Below, piece after piece: positions 1 to 9,475 of a stretch of DNA of 64,000 nt. How positions within the stretch are numbered: position 1 is the first letter of the stretch; every line of letters begins with the position of its first letter. Source of the DNA: Wickerhamiella versatilis (Eukaryota); NCBI GenBank assembly GCA_030867685.1, contig JAQOWU010000007.1, positions 1,426,001 through 1,490,000 on the forward strand, read 5' to 3'. A program made the translations under genes and the position numbers. The notes under the pieces were generated by a model. It ran no database searches. It was not told where the DNA came from and was given only the letters and a program-made list of their open reading frames with translations.

Positions 1-1659
1 GTTCTTGATACGGCGAGAAGCTTCATGCTCGCCTTGGTCAGCACGCTGCGTTAAAATACTGTCGATCTCATCCACAAAAATAATTGAAGGTGCAAGCGCT
101 TTGGCAAGTTGGAAAAGAGCACGGACAAGCTTCTCCGACTCTCCCATATACTTAGAGGTAAGACTCGAGGCACTAATACTGAAAAAGGTTGACTTAGACT
201 CAGTTGCCACTGCACGAGCCAACATCGTTTTTCCTGTACCTGGTGGACCAAAGAGCAGCATACCAAGCGCTGGCTCACGAAGCCCACTGAATAAGTCTGG
301 ACGCAAAAAGGGGTATACAACTGTTTCTTTTAGCGACGCCTTCGCCTGCTCAAGACCGGCTATATCATCCCAATGAACCACATCACCACGGAGAACAACT
401 TCGTTAAGAATCTGTTTGGCTGCATTTTCATCTACTCCCCGAAGTTCTTTAATTTTTTGTCGCGCCATTAAATCCCATTCGTCAAGCTTCTCTGTATCCT
501 CTTCTGGCGACTTGGGTGTATCATCGACCAGCAAGGGTCTTTCTTTAGGTGTTGGTGGTGAAGCTGATCGGCTTGCCGCGCTTCTCACTTGATGCTGCTG
601 CGGTTGTGGTTGTAATTGTGGGGGACGCGAGGTTTTGACGACAACCGGAACAGGTCTGCCAGACCCGGACCTGGCATAAGATACCTGATAAGAATTAACC
701 TTTTTTGGTGCTACGCTCGCAGCGACCGGAAGTTGAGGCGGCGGTTTCACAGGTTGACTGGGATACCCGGTCGAAACAGGAGTATGTTCTGGCTGTGAAC
801 TTGAACGGGGCGTACCAGGGGAAGGAGGTGCGTCTTCAAAGGTACCTTCAAAGCCCTCAAAGTCTATAGTCGGCGAGCGTTTAATATGTTCCTGAGAAGT
901 TTCAGGGGACTGGTGAGCCCAGACCTTAGCAGCCGCAGTAGATGCAGACTCTATAGTTACAGGCCTGCCGCCACCAGACTTCAACGGGTTTCGCGGCCTC
1001 AGTGTCGTGAGTAACGAGCGACTTTGCGTATATGCAGGTGAGGGTTGGCCTTGTGGATACTCCAGGCTAGACCGCGGCTGTGGCTGTGTCTGTGTCTGTG
1101 GTTTTTCGCTGGCCTTGGCTGTCTTCAGAGCTGGTGTTGGATTTGGCTTTCTATTATAGAGATTATAAGGCATCTCCTTCACCTTAGGAAGCAGCGACTC
1201 GCTCAGACTTTGTTTCTTTTTCACGACACCCTCAGTGTGTGGCGGGGGCGTAGGTGAAATTCCAGGTTCTGATGAGGATTTTAGACCGCTTGCCATGCTG
1301 TGTGAACTTTTATGCGTGAGATTAACACTTGACGTTGAAGTACCAGTAACAGGGGTGCCATAGGGAGACTTAGCTGGCACCTGCTTAGCCTCCAGAGCTG
1401 CAATTCTGTCATGGCATTGCCGTTCAATATCCATAATACTTGCCAGCAGGCTCTTCTCCGAACCACTCTTGGGTGGGGAGCCATCTAGCTTGGCCATTCC
1501 CATCGATATGTTTGCGAGACACACTTTCCAGGCTGCCAGCGCCTCTTTGGTCTCAAAGCTAGATTCACGAAGTATGCTTTGGAGTGAGTGTTGGTATGCT
1601 TCATCGTATATTTTCTGTAGTAATGCTGCTTTAGACGACTTGCGTGGCCAAACAGGCAT
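1..1659 (-). CDS. Spastin/fidgetin-like AAA ATPase (Sap1/Yta6 family), 3' end runs off window start
   Basis: Absent from the ORF track because its stop is outside the window. Manual minus-strand translation of both ends gives [22 protein letters not shown]... from ATG at 1659, and in the same frame VHWDDIAG, Walker [24 protein letters not shown] and Walker B IIFVDEID. An in-frame stop lies upstream at 1762-1764. Confidence 0.88.
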   Translation of the reverse strand, partial: MPVWPRKSSKAALLQKIYDEAYQHSLQSILRESSFETKEALAAWKVCLANISMGMAKLDGSPPKSGSEKSLLASIMDIERQCHDRIAALEAKQVPAKSPYGTPVTGTSTSSVNLTHKSSHSMASGLKSSSEPGISPTPPPHTEGVVKKKQSLSESLLPKVKEMPYNLYNRKPNPTPALKTAKASEKPQTQTQPQPRSSLEYPQGQPSPAYTQSRSLLTTLRPRNPLKSGGGRPVTIESASTAAAKVWAHQSPETSQEHIKRSPTIDFEGFEGTFEDAPPSPGTPRSSSQPEHTPVSTGYPSQPVKPPPQLPVAASVAPKKVNSYQVSYARSGSGRPVPVVVKTSRPPQLQPQPQQHQVRSAASRSASPPTPKERPLLVDDTPKSPEEDTEKLDEWDLMARQKIKELRGVDENAAKQILNEVVLRGDVVHWDDIAGLEQAKASLKETVVYPFLRPDLFSGLREPALGMLLFGPPGTGKTMLARAVATESKSTFFSISASSLTSKYMGESEKLVRALFQLAKALAPSIIFVDEIDSILTQRADQGEHEASRRIKN

Positions 1660-1991
1660 TGGGCAGCACGCTCGTTGTGATGACAGCAAGAAGGTTTGTT
1701 TGGGAAACAGCGATGACAAATATTTTAGGTGAATTCTATACTGTAGCAGCAATGGCAGGTATTAATTACTTTATTTCTTGATCAGTCTCTAAGATGTACC
1801 CATATTGTTGCCGAGCCCCCCTCCTGGCCTCCACCAAAAAGGCCCTGGCCCAGGATAGCTTGGTCAAATTGGCCCTGCGTTTCCCAGAGGCCCATCATAT
1901 TACTAAGGTGTGGGTCTGTGGGATCAAGAAAGTGATTCTCTTACTAACCTAGCCGACCAAGCTGAACCCGTTGATTACCTAAGTTGGAAAA

Positions 1992-3314
1992 ATGCTGGCT
2001 CGACTTGCTCGGCCCGTTCTTCGTCCAAGTTCAAGACTGGCAGTTCGCTGTTACAGTGCAGAATCGCCTAAGAAGCCTGAGGATGCCAAAAAGTCGGATG
2101 GTTTGTTAAACGATGACTTGTTAGAGCAGGCAGGTATGGACACCTCTGAAGGAAATTCTGAAAAACAGAAAAAATGGGAAAATACTGCTCGTAAAGCCCG
2201 TGAGGATAGTGCCCTTCTCGAGAAGCGGACACGTCGTGCATGGTGGACCACTGGTGCCTGTTTTGCTGCCGGCTTTGCATATCTTATTCGACCATTTGAT
2301 GAGGATGAGAAAAAGCGCCATCCTGAAGTTTCGGCGACAGGATGGGATCTGTCAGGTGCGTGGCCTAGAATGCGCACACGAGTGGGCTTCACGTATGATT
2401 ATTTTAGCGAGCCTTCTTTTGAAAAGCTTCTCCCCGATCCAACCCCACTCCCATATGGACGCCCCCTCACCCTTGTCTTAGCGTTGGAAGATTTGTTGGT
2501 CAAGAGTGAGTGGACCCGAGAACATGGGTGGAGGACAGCGAAGCGCCCAGGGCTGGACTACTTCCTTGGGTACCTGGCCCAATACTATGAGGTGGTCATT
2601 TGGTCCGATAAGTATCAGGCCATCGATCAGGAAATGGTGATGAAGTTAGACCCTCTACGTGCCTCAATTTCATATTCGTTATTCAGAGAGGCCACGAGAT
2701 ATTCGAAGGGCAAGCTCATAAAAGATATCAGGTACCTCAACCGTGACCCTTCAAAGGTCATTATGGTTGACGTTTCAAAGGATGCAGCTTCACTACAACC
2801 TGAAAATGCATTGCTAATGCCAAGATGGAAAGGTAACGCTGATGACTCGGATCTCGTCAGACTAATTCCCCTTTTGGAATGGATCGGAGCACAGCCCATC
2901 AAGGATGTTCGGCCCGTCATCAAGTCATTTGAGGACAAGGATGTACTCAGCGAGTTTGAGAGACGTGATAAGATTACTCGGGCTAAATGGCAGCAGATGC
3001 ATGGTAAGCGAACGTCCGGTAATTCCCTAGCTGGTGCTCTGCTAGGTGTTACCCCCAGCAAGACAGCCGATATGATGCCGCAGGACGTCATTCGTATGGA
3101 GGCTCAAAAGAGCTACAAGCAATTTCAGGAACATGTGAAGGAATATGGTGAGAAACTTATGAAAGAGGAGGAGCAAAAAATGAAAGAAGCAATGTCTGAG
3201 CACAAACTTACGCTCAATAAGCTAATTACTGAGGGACAGCCAACTCAAGAAGAAATTGCAGCTACACTTGTCAGAAAGGAGCAAGAGGCACAGCAGTCAA
3301 ATAAAGCCAAATAA
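1992..3314 (+). CDS. TIM50: Mitochondrial import inner membrane translocase subunit Tim50
   Basis: Mitochondrial presequence, single TM segment, FCP1-like domain (LTLVLALEDLLV, WTREHGWRTAKRPGLDYFLGYL, LNRDPSKVI). Confidence 0.96.
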   Translation: MLARLARPVLRPSSRLAVRCYSAESPKKPEDAKKSDGLLNDDLLEQAGMDTSEGNSEKQKKWENTARKAREDSALLEKRTRRAWWTTGACFAAGFAYLIRPFDEDEKKRHPEVSATGWDLSGAWPRMRTRVGFTYDYFSEPSFEKLLPDPTPLPYGRPLTLVLALEDLLVKSEWTREHGWRTAKRPGLDYFLGYLAQYYEVVIWSDKYQAIDQEMVMKLDPLRASISYSLFREATRYSKGKLIKDIRYLNRDPSKVIMVDVSKDAASLQPENALLMPRWKGNADDSDLVRLIPLLEWIGAQPIKDVRPVIKSFEDKDVLSEFERRDKITRAKWQQMHGKRTSGNSLAGALLGVTPSKTADMMPQDVIRMEAQKSYKQFQEHVKEYGEKLMKEEEQKMKEAMSEHKLTLNKLITEGQPTQEEIAATLVRKEQEAQQSNKAK

Positions 3315-3452
3315 GTCTCCGAAATTTGTATATAGAGTCGAGTTGAGTTTCCTATATTTCTCTAAGTATCTGTTTAGTTTCTTTGTTTGAAAAATCCTTT
3401 AGAACTGTGGTGGTTATAAGTATATACTAGCAGGACCACTAAGCGGTGCCAG

Positions 3453-4148
3453 ATGCAAGTCAGCAGACCTCCAGCGCTGGCGACAGGTATTGTCGTATTC
3501 CTTCTGGGAGCAGAGCTGTTGAATGCATACAAGCCATGGCATCTCACCGTTGCTTTTAACCTTACTGCACTTTCCATGTGGCCGATGGCCCACCCAAGCC
3601 TAGGCCTCTTCATTGTTCATGTTACGTCCCTCGTAATTCCTTTGGGCATATACGAGCATTTGAACGGTACTGTACATACAGGTGTAGTACTCAACGTTTC
3701 TGCACTCTTTTCTGGGCTTTTTTGGCTGCTCCTAATGTTTGTTGTAAATATGGCATCTGAGGTCGAGGCTAGCACATGGGGATCTCTTTCCTGGGCACTC
3801 ACATTCCTATCATGGACCGCATGCGAGTACCACTTGAGGTTACCTAGATGGCGATGGGTTGACTTTGGCCTGTGTCCGGTTGTTGTCCTTTTTGCGCTTG
3901 CTATAGTCGTCGACGTTCCACGGCTACTTAGTTATGCAATCACCATGTCATTTGGATACTTGCTCTACTATGGATATCTCACAAAGCTCGTAGAACCGCC
4001 TAGTCCTGTGATCGAGTGGATAGAATCGCGAATAACACCGGTTATATCGGGCTTGAGCTTCATTGTTGCATGGAACAAAGAAGTTGATGCTAGACTCTCT
4101 AGGAGAGATTCGGAGCAACAAGCTGAGACAACTTTGGAAACTGTCTAG
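3453..4148 (+). CDS. RBD2: Rbd2-like rhomboid-family membrane protein, apparently catalytically inactive
   Basis: Multi-pass hydrophobic protein. PLGIYEHLNGTVHTGVVLNVSALFSGL and EPPSPVIEWIESRI resemble yeast Rbd2 segments as recalled. The GxSG and TM6 His positions read GSLS and Y. Confidence 0.75.
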   Translation: MQVSRPPALATGIVVFLLGAELLNAYKPWHLTVAFNLTALSMWPMAHPSLGLFIVHVTSLVIPLGIYEHLNGTVHTGVVLNVSALFSGLFWLLLMFVVNMASEVEASTWGSLSWALTFLSWTACEYHLRLPRWRWVDFGLCPVVVLFALAIVVDVPRLLSYAITMSFGYLLYYGYLTKLVEPPSPVIEWIESRITPVISGLSFIVAWNKEVDARLSRRDSEQQAETTLETV

Positions 4149-4801
4149 ATGCATATGTTGTTTGGCAATGTTCTTTCGAATTTGCGCACTGAGTCTACGT
4201 TGAATTACATATTCCTTAAAATTTATTTTGATTTTGTGTAACAGTATTCACATTCTTACAGATCCTTGACTATGCTGGTTACCCAATTCAGTCAATCGTT
4301 GGTTCCCTTTCCTATATCTAGTTGTAAGATTTATGATCGCTGATGGGATAAGAGACACAGTAGAATGTATCTATTTCAAACATGATCTGAGATGTTTATA
4401 TGCTTCCCATTACAGTCAGCCACGTTACCTTAAAATTATTTATGTTCTCCCAAGATCTATGTCCACTGCTTTTTCGTCCTAGCCAACTATAGCATGACTC
4501 ACATAGCTCCGCATCAATCTTGTTGAGCTTGATATTTTTACTTGCTATAAATTCTAGACCAGCTAGGTTTCGCCTGGCTAAGAAGATGGCGAAAATCAAA
4601 ATTTGATATATTCATTTTATCTATTGTATCAAATGTGTGTTTATTGCTGTTCTCAGCTCAAGTGCCATGCACGACAGTTCTTTCTAAAGGTTCGTTTTGA
4701 GAACGATAGATACAAATATTTAACCAAGAAATTGGATAGCTACCACGCTAAATGGACTTCCTGGTTAACTATGAGGACACACTTTCAGAGTATCTTAGAT
4801 A

Positions 4802-5407
4802 ATGCCGCCAAAGGGTTGGCGTAAGACTGCGGAGGGCTACAAGCCCACCAATAGCGCAGGTGCCCCTGTTACAGACCGTAAGGTATATGGTTTAAAGGAT
4901 TTGCTTCTCCCACGAGCAACAATCGCTCAGCTTGCCAAGGTAAATCTCCCAGAGGGGGCCCAACTGCCTAAGGATGGTGTCACGGCTTTACAACGCGCCG
5001 CCACGGTCTTTGTTAGCTACATATGCACTGAGGCTAACCGCTCAGCTCAGTCCAGTCGCCACAAAACTGTTAGTGCACCCGACATAGATGAAGCTCTTCA
5101 GCATACAGGGTTCACCAGCTTCGTTCAACCGGCATCGCAACTGGCTGAGAAAATGGCCAAGAAAGCTCAGGAAAATAAGCAAGAGCGTCAGCAGAAACGT
5201 ACAGCCCTCAGAGAAGAAGACGGCGACAGTGAATATGAAATCGAGGAAGATCCCGATCCAGAGATCACTGCAGCTAAGGAGGTTCAGCCGGCAAAAAAGC
5301 GGACCGTTGGCGCTTCAAACAGAACTTCAAGGGATAGTCCAGAACCCCATACTGATGCGGTAGAGACAGACCAGCAGGATCAAGGTGAACCGATGTCTGA
5401 GCTATAG
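4802..5407 (+). CDS. DPB4: DNA polymerase epsilon subunit D / histone-fold protein Dpb4
   Basis: MPPKGWRK start, histone fold (LLLPRATIAQLAK...ALQRAATVFVSY...KTVSAPDI), acidic tail. Confidence 0.93.
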   Translation: MPPKGWRKTAEGYKPTNSAGAPVTDRKVYGLKDLLLPRATIAQLAKVNLPEGAQLPKDGVTALQRAATVFVSYICTEANRSAQSSRHKTVSAPDIDEALQHTGFTSFVQPASQLAEKMAKKAQENKQERQQKRTALREEDGDSEYEIEEDPDPEITAAKEVQPAKKRTVGASNRTSRDSPEPHTDAVETDQQDQGEPMSEL

Positions 5408-5787
5408 AATTGCCGCATAGGTTCTGGATCATACCACATACCTCTCATATGAATTGTTCATACTTGTCATTAGAAGGCGACAAGTCGCAAAAGATAGTTT
5501 GACTAGGCATTTTTATTAACTTTTAGCTCCAAAATTCCTATTATTGTTCTCCCCCACCCCCTTCCACTGTTTCGAAGGGGAGAACTCTTAATTTAAGTTT
5601 TCTTTTGTCATAACTGTATCAAAGTGTCCAGAAGCCTCAGGGTTCTAGAAATTTTTAGAAAAATAATTGCACATCGCACTCTAACGGTTACAAAGTAATC
5701 TTCCAATCCCCTAAGCAGCAAACGCTGCGGCTCTGGCCACAGCGTCTCAGCTTCTGCACATGCGATGCAGGACAGGGTCAACCTATA

Positions 5788-5949
5788 TGACGTCATCCCA
5801 TTCAGCGGAGGTACGTTGCTTACAATATACGGCGATCGTTTATTTGCTATATAGGGATACTCCTGAGAGCCACCTAGATCAAGATTGAGAGAAATAAATA
5901 TTTGTCTTACCATCTTTGGTCAATTTTAAACTGGGGCTAGACTACGTCA
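5788..5949. promoter_or_regulatory. CRE/ATF-type sites upstream of the Rck2 kinase gene
   Basis: Perfect TGACGTCA at 5788-5795 and TACGTCA at 5943-5949. These match the Sko1/Atf1-class bZIP consensus, plausible for a HOG-pathway kinase. Confidence 0.5.
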
Positions 5950-6012
5950 TGTTTATAGACGGTGATGTAATCTTAGTAATAAAGATCTTTATCCAAACTC
6001 CCTCCAGTTCCG

Positions 6013-7647
6013 ATGGCTGTGTTTGAGAACCTGCGAAACTTCATACGACAGGGACGCCAGGCCACAGACAACCGCTCGAAGCCAGTTCGGGAGCATGTGA
6101 ATCACGACACCCATCATTCCGGCCACGCCCGTTCCCAGGGGTCCCGTGGGGGAGCAGCATCCACCCCCACTCAGCCACCGCCAGATACCCACAAAAAGGA
6201 GGAGAATCAGAAGAAGCGATATAACGATACCGTAGTTCAACAGATTGTTGCCGAAGAAAAGGCGTCAGCTGACAAGCTGCCCACCTACCCGGGCCTCGAA
6301 AGGTACCAGTTGGTGGAGAAGATGGGCGACGGCGCGTTCAGCATTGTCTACCGGGCAAGAGACCAGTACACAGGTGAGCCGAGGGCGATAAAGGTGGTAT
6401 ATAAGGATGAATTGTCAGCGTCACAGAAGTCAAGTGTATTGAAGGAGGCGGCAATAATGCGCCAGCTTGATAATAAGCGTATTGTCAAGATGTTTGCATT
6501 TATGGAGACTCCAAAACACTATTTCATCATTCTGGAGCTTGTGCCAGGTGGGGAGCTTTTCCATGAGATCGTTCGCCTCACCTACTTTTCGGAGGATCTT
6601 TCACGTCACGTTATTTTGCAAGTTGCTGAGGCCGTCAGATATCTACACGAGGAGGCTGGGGTCGTCCACCGTGATATAAAACCTGAAAATCTTCTGTTTA
6701 CCCCTTGCCGCTTCGTACCGTCCGAGCATAGAGTGCTCCGTAAGGGGGACGATGAGTCTAAGGAAGACGAGGGCAAGTTTATCCCTAATGTCGGAGCTGG
6801 TGGAATAGGAAAGATAAAGCTCGCCGACTTTGGACTGTCTAAAGTCATCTGGGACCAGAAGACCATGACTCCTTGTGGAACGGTCGGGTACACGGCACCC
6901 GAAATCGTGAAGGATGAACGGTACTCAAAATCGGTCGATATGTGGGCTCTTGGGTGTGTACTCTACACTATGCTGTGTGGATTTCCCCCGTTTTACGATG
7001 AATCTGTGGAAGTTCTCACGCATAAGGTCGCTAAAGGCCAGTACACGTTCCTCAGTCCGTGGTGGGACGACATAAGCGACTCTGCAAAAGACCTTGTGTC
7101 GAAATTACTTATTGTGAATCCCGAGAAACGCTACACTATTGATGAATTTTTGAACCATCCCTGGATAACACAGGCCCCGCAGCAAACACCTGAAGACCTT
7201 CTTGAGAATGCTTCTATTTCGGAGGAGGAGTATAGAATCTGGCGCAATTCCGGTAGAACTCCACGAGATGACCAAATGAGTGGTGCCCTGAAGGAGGCGT
7301 TCGACGTGTCAAATGCAGTTTATCGTATGGAACAAGATCATGCACATTCAAATAATCCCTTCCGAGGAGCTGCACCGATTATGGAGGAAGAGGAGGAGGA
7401 CGAATACAGTCTTTCGCATGTCGAGCACGCTGTGTCTACACTTGATATCTCTCCCCGCGTCTCCGGCGGCCCTCATGCCAAGGAAGGAATATTTAAAGGA
7501 AATACCCCGCCCCAAAACGCCCCTGCATCAAACTCGAACACCCAAACACAGGTACGAAAGGCTAAGCCAGCATACTTTGACCTACACCTAGAGGGTGCGA
7601 CTTTACTTGAACGACGGCGTCAGAACAAAGCACCAGCTATAGCTTAG
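6013..7647 (+). CDS. RCK2: MAPK-activated CaMK-like Ser/Thr kinase (Rck2/Srk1 family)
   Basis: MGDGAFS loop, HRDIKPEN, DFG, TPCGTVGYTAPE, family insert DEGKFIPNVGAGGIG, C-terminal FDLHLEGATLLERRR. Confidence 0.95.
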   Translation: MAVFENLRNFIRQGRQATDNRSKPVREHVNHDTHHSGHARSQGSRGGAASTPTQPPPDTHKKEENQKKRYNDTVVQQIVAEEKASADKLPTYPGLERYQLVEKMGDGAFSIVYRARDQYTGEPRAIKVVYKDELSASQKSSVLKEAAIMRQLDNKRIVKMFAFMETPKHYFIILELVPGGELFHEIVRLTYFSEDLSRHVILQVAEAVRYLHEEAGVVHRDIKPENLLFTPCRFVPSEHRVLRKGDDESKEDEGKFIPNVGAGGIGKIKLADFGLSKVIWDQKTMTPCGTVGYTAPEIVKDERYSKSVDMWALGCVLYTMLCGFPPFYDESVEVLTHKVAKGQYTFLSPWWDDISDSAKDLVSKLLIVNPEKRYTIDEFLNHPWITQAPQQTPEDLLENASISEEEYRIWRNSGRTPRDDQMSGALKEAFDVSNAVYRMEQDHAHSNNPFRGAAPIMEEEEEDEYSLSHVEHAVSTLDISPRVSGGPHAKEGIFKGNTPPQNAPASNSNTQTQVRKAKPAYFDLHLEGATLLERRRQNKAPAIA

Positions 7648-7934
7648 CTGTACAGATATCATTTCTACGACAATATTTAAAACTGGGAATACATGTTTTG
7701 CATTCTCTTGACTTTTCTAATCTTTGTAGTTCATATTATACATTTTCTAACTAAATATTTTCGTATTCTCTTAATTTTGGAAGTGAAACGGATAAAGCAG
7801 ACACCTAAGTGGAGGTATAACTGGGGAAAAGACTTAAAAAGATAGAACTGGATAGTATAACTAGTCTCAGATAGTGAAATGCGACAAAAAAAATTATGTG
7901 AAGAGTGTTCACCAGGATTTTAACCTGATTAAAT

Positions 7935-8007
7935 CTCCCTACGTGGGGCTCGAACCCACGACCCTGGGATTAAAAGTCCCATGCTCTTCCAACTGAGCTA
8001 GCAGGGA
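7935..8007 (-). tRNA. tRNA-Lys(UUU), intronless
   Basis: Reverse complement folds as a cloverleaf: acceptor TCCCTGC/GTAGGGA, D arm GCTC/GAGC, anticodon arm TGGGA-CTTTTAA-TCCCA, T arm GTGGG-TTCGAGC-CCCAC, discriminator G. Confidence 0.96.
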
Positions 8008-8251
8008 TCTCTTTACATCGGGATGAGATCAGAATTTTATATACCCCATGTGGAAGAACTCGTTGTTAATTCGTATACATGTGTGTCCAGAACCATCACA
8101 TCTTAGAATAATTGGGCCTTGGATATCTTGGCTCGATAATTGCTTGTATTGGCTATACATTTCGAAGCTTATCGAGTCGAACACCAAGCAGCCCAGCAGG
8201 ATATTTCAACCCCTCTTGGTGATTATATAGCGGTTAGGGTAGACCCACCGT

Positions 8252-9475
8252 ATGAGTGACCAAGGCGCACAAGCAGGTATAGCAACTGCGATTATTGGAA
8301 ATGTTGTGCTTAACGCTGCTATAAATGTACGCAGGCATGCGCGTCAGCGCATTATCCATATGGCGGTTCATGGCATCACACCACCCAGTAAACATGACCA
8401 ATTGTGGTACCTGGGCATCTTTCTTGCCGTCAGCGGTGAGCTTGTGAATTTCCTCGCCTATGGTTTAGCCCCAGCTTCAGTTGTCAGTCCCCTTGGTGTT
8501 TTTGCAGTCATCTCCAATTGCGTTATTCCAGCCCTGCTCTTTGACGAATCTCCACATATTCACGTCGTGGCAGGGACAATGATAGCTCTGCCCGGTTTAC
8601 TTTTGTGCATATTATCCGGACCTGAGCAGCCTCCAGCTATGATTGACTTTCCTGATTGGAGTCCCGACAGCATCGGGTACGTATACGCAAAAATTTCGCT
8701 GGGTCTCGTTATGACTTTGGCACTGATAAGGGAAACAATGCGAAAATGTGGGTGGGCATGCATGACTGCGAATACTAGCCTTGCAGCGATTATGGGCTCT
8801 TTCGGTATCCTGGGATTAAAAACCTTCTGTCTCAGTCTAATGAGACATGAGGAACCACCGGAGGGCAATGCCACATACCTGGCGATATTTGTTGTGTGTA
8901 CTGCTGCACAACTGGGTCTCCTGGGCGACTCCCTCAAACGATTCACCGTCTGGCAGGTTGTTCCGCTCCATTTCGCTTTCTTTACTTCCTTCGTGTCCAT
9001 CAGTTCGGGATTAATTTTCCATGAATTTGAAGGGACGACCTATACCCAACGGATGGAGTTCGGTGCTGGCCTAGCTCTTATCACTACTGGAGTATGGTTA
9101 TCATCGAAGCCACACGAGCCAACTGCATCCAGAAATACCACCAACTCCATCTATCCTCAAAGAAGGTCTGACCCGGAAAGAGTTTATCCTCTTGACAAAA
9201 GAAGAAATAAACGACATAATAAAAAGATCAAAAAACATAAACGGAGAAGTGGGCTACGAGAACCTCCCCCTACTCCCTCCAGTGTAGAAAGCATGCCAAG
9301 CCAGCTCTCTCGCGATCCTGAAGACACAGCTATCCCTGTACCGTCCTCCTCAGTACCAGGAAACAAGAAGCAGAACAAAACTAAAATAACCCCAGAAACT
9401 GCTTCCAAATCAAAAATCCTTGATGGGAACTATATTTCCAACGTTAATCTATCAAATGCAAGTTTAGAGGCTTAG
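8252..9475 (+). CDS. NIPA-family (DMT superfamily) putative Mg2+ transporter
   Basis: Signature WYLG...GELVNFLAYGLAPASVVSPLG, VVPLHFAFFTSFVSISSGLIFHEF, about 9 TM segments, basic low-complexity tail. Confidence 0.85.
   Translation: MSDQGAQAGIATAIIGNVVLNAAINVRRHARQRIIHMAVHGITPPSKHDQLWYLGIFLAVSGELVNFLAYGLAPASVVSPLGVFAVISNCVIPALLFDESPHIHVVAGTMIALPGLLLCILSGPEQPPAMIDFPDWSPDSIGYVYAKISLGLVMTLALIRETMRKCGWACMTANTSLAAIMGSFGILGLKTFCLSLMRHEEPPEGNATYLAIFVVCTAAQLGLLGDSLKRFTVWQVVPLHFAFFTSFVSISSGLIFHEFEGTTYTQRMEFGAGLALITTGVWLSSKPHEPTASRNTTNSIYPQRRSDPERVYPLDKRRNKRHNKKIKKHKRRSGLREPPPTPSSVESMPSQLSRDPEDTAIPVPSSSVPGNKKQNKTKITPETASKSKILDGNYISNVNLSNASLEA

Noticed and set aside
1942..1952. TACTAAC-C-TAG branch point plus 3' splice site upstream of TIM50
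   Set aside because: No convincing nearby 5' splice site, and an in-frame stop lies before the ATG, so at most a 5' UTR intron. It overlaps the recurrent TTACTAA motif and cannot be resolved without RNA data.
4149..4801. Long spacer with 67- and 73-codon ORFs (possible pseudogene or element remnant)
   Set aside because: Non-ATG starts, no recognisable motifs, and no terminal repeats in the frames I read.
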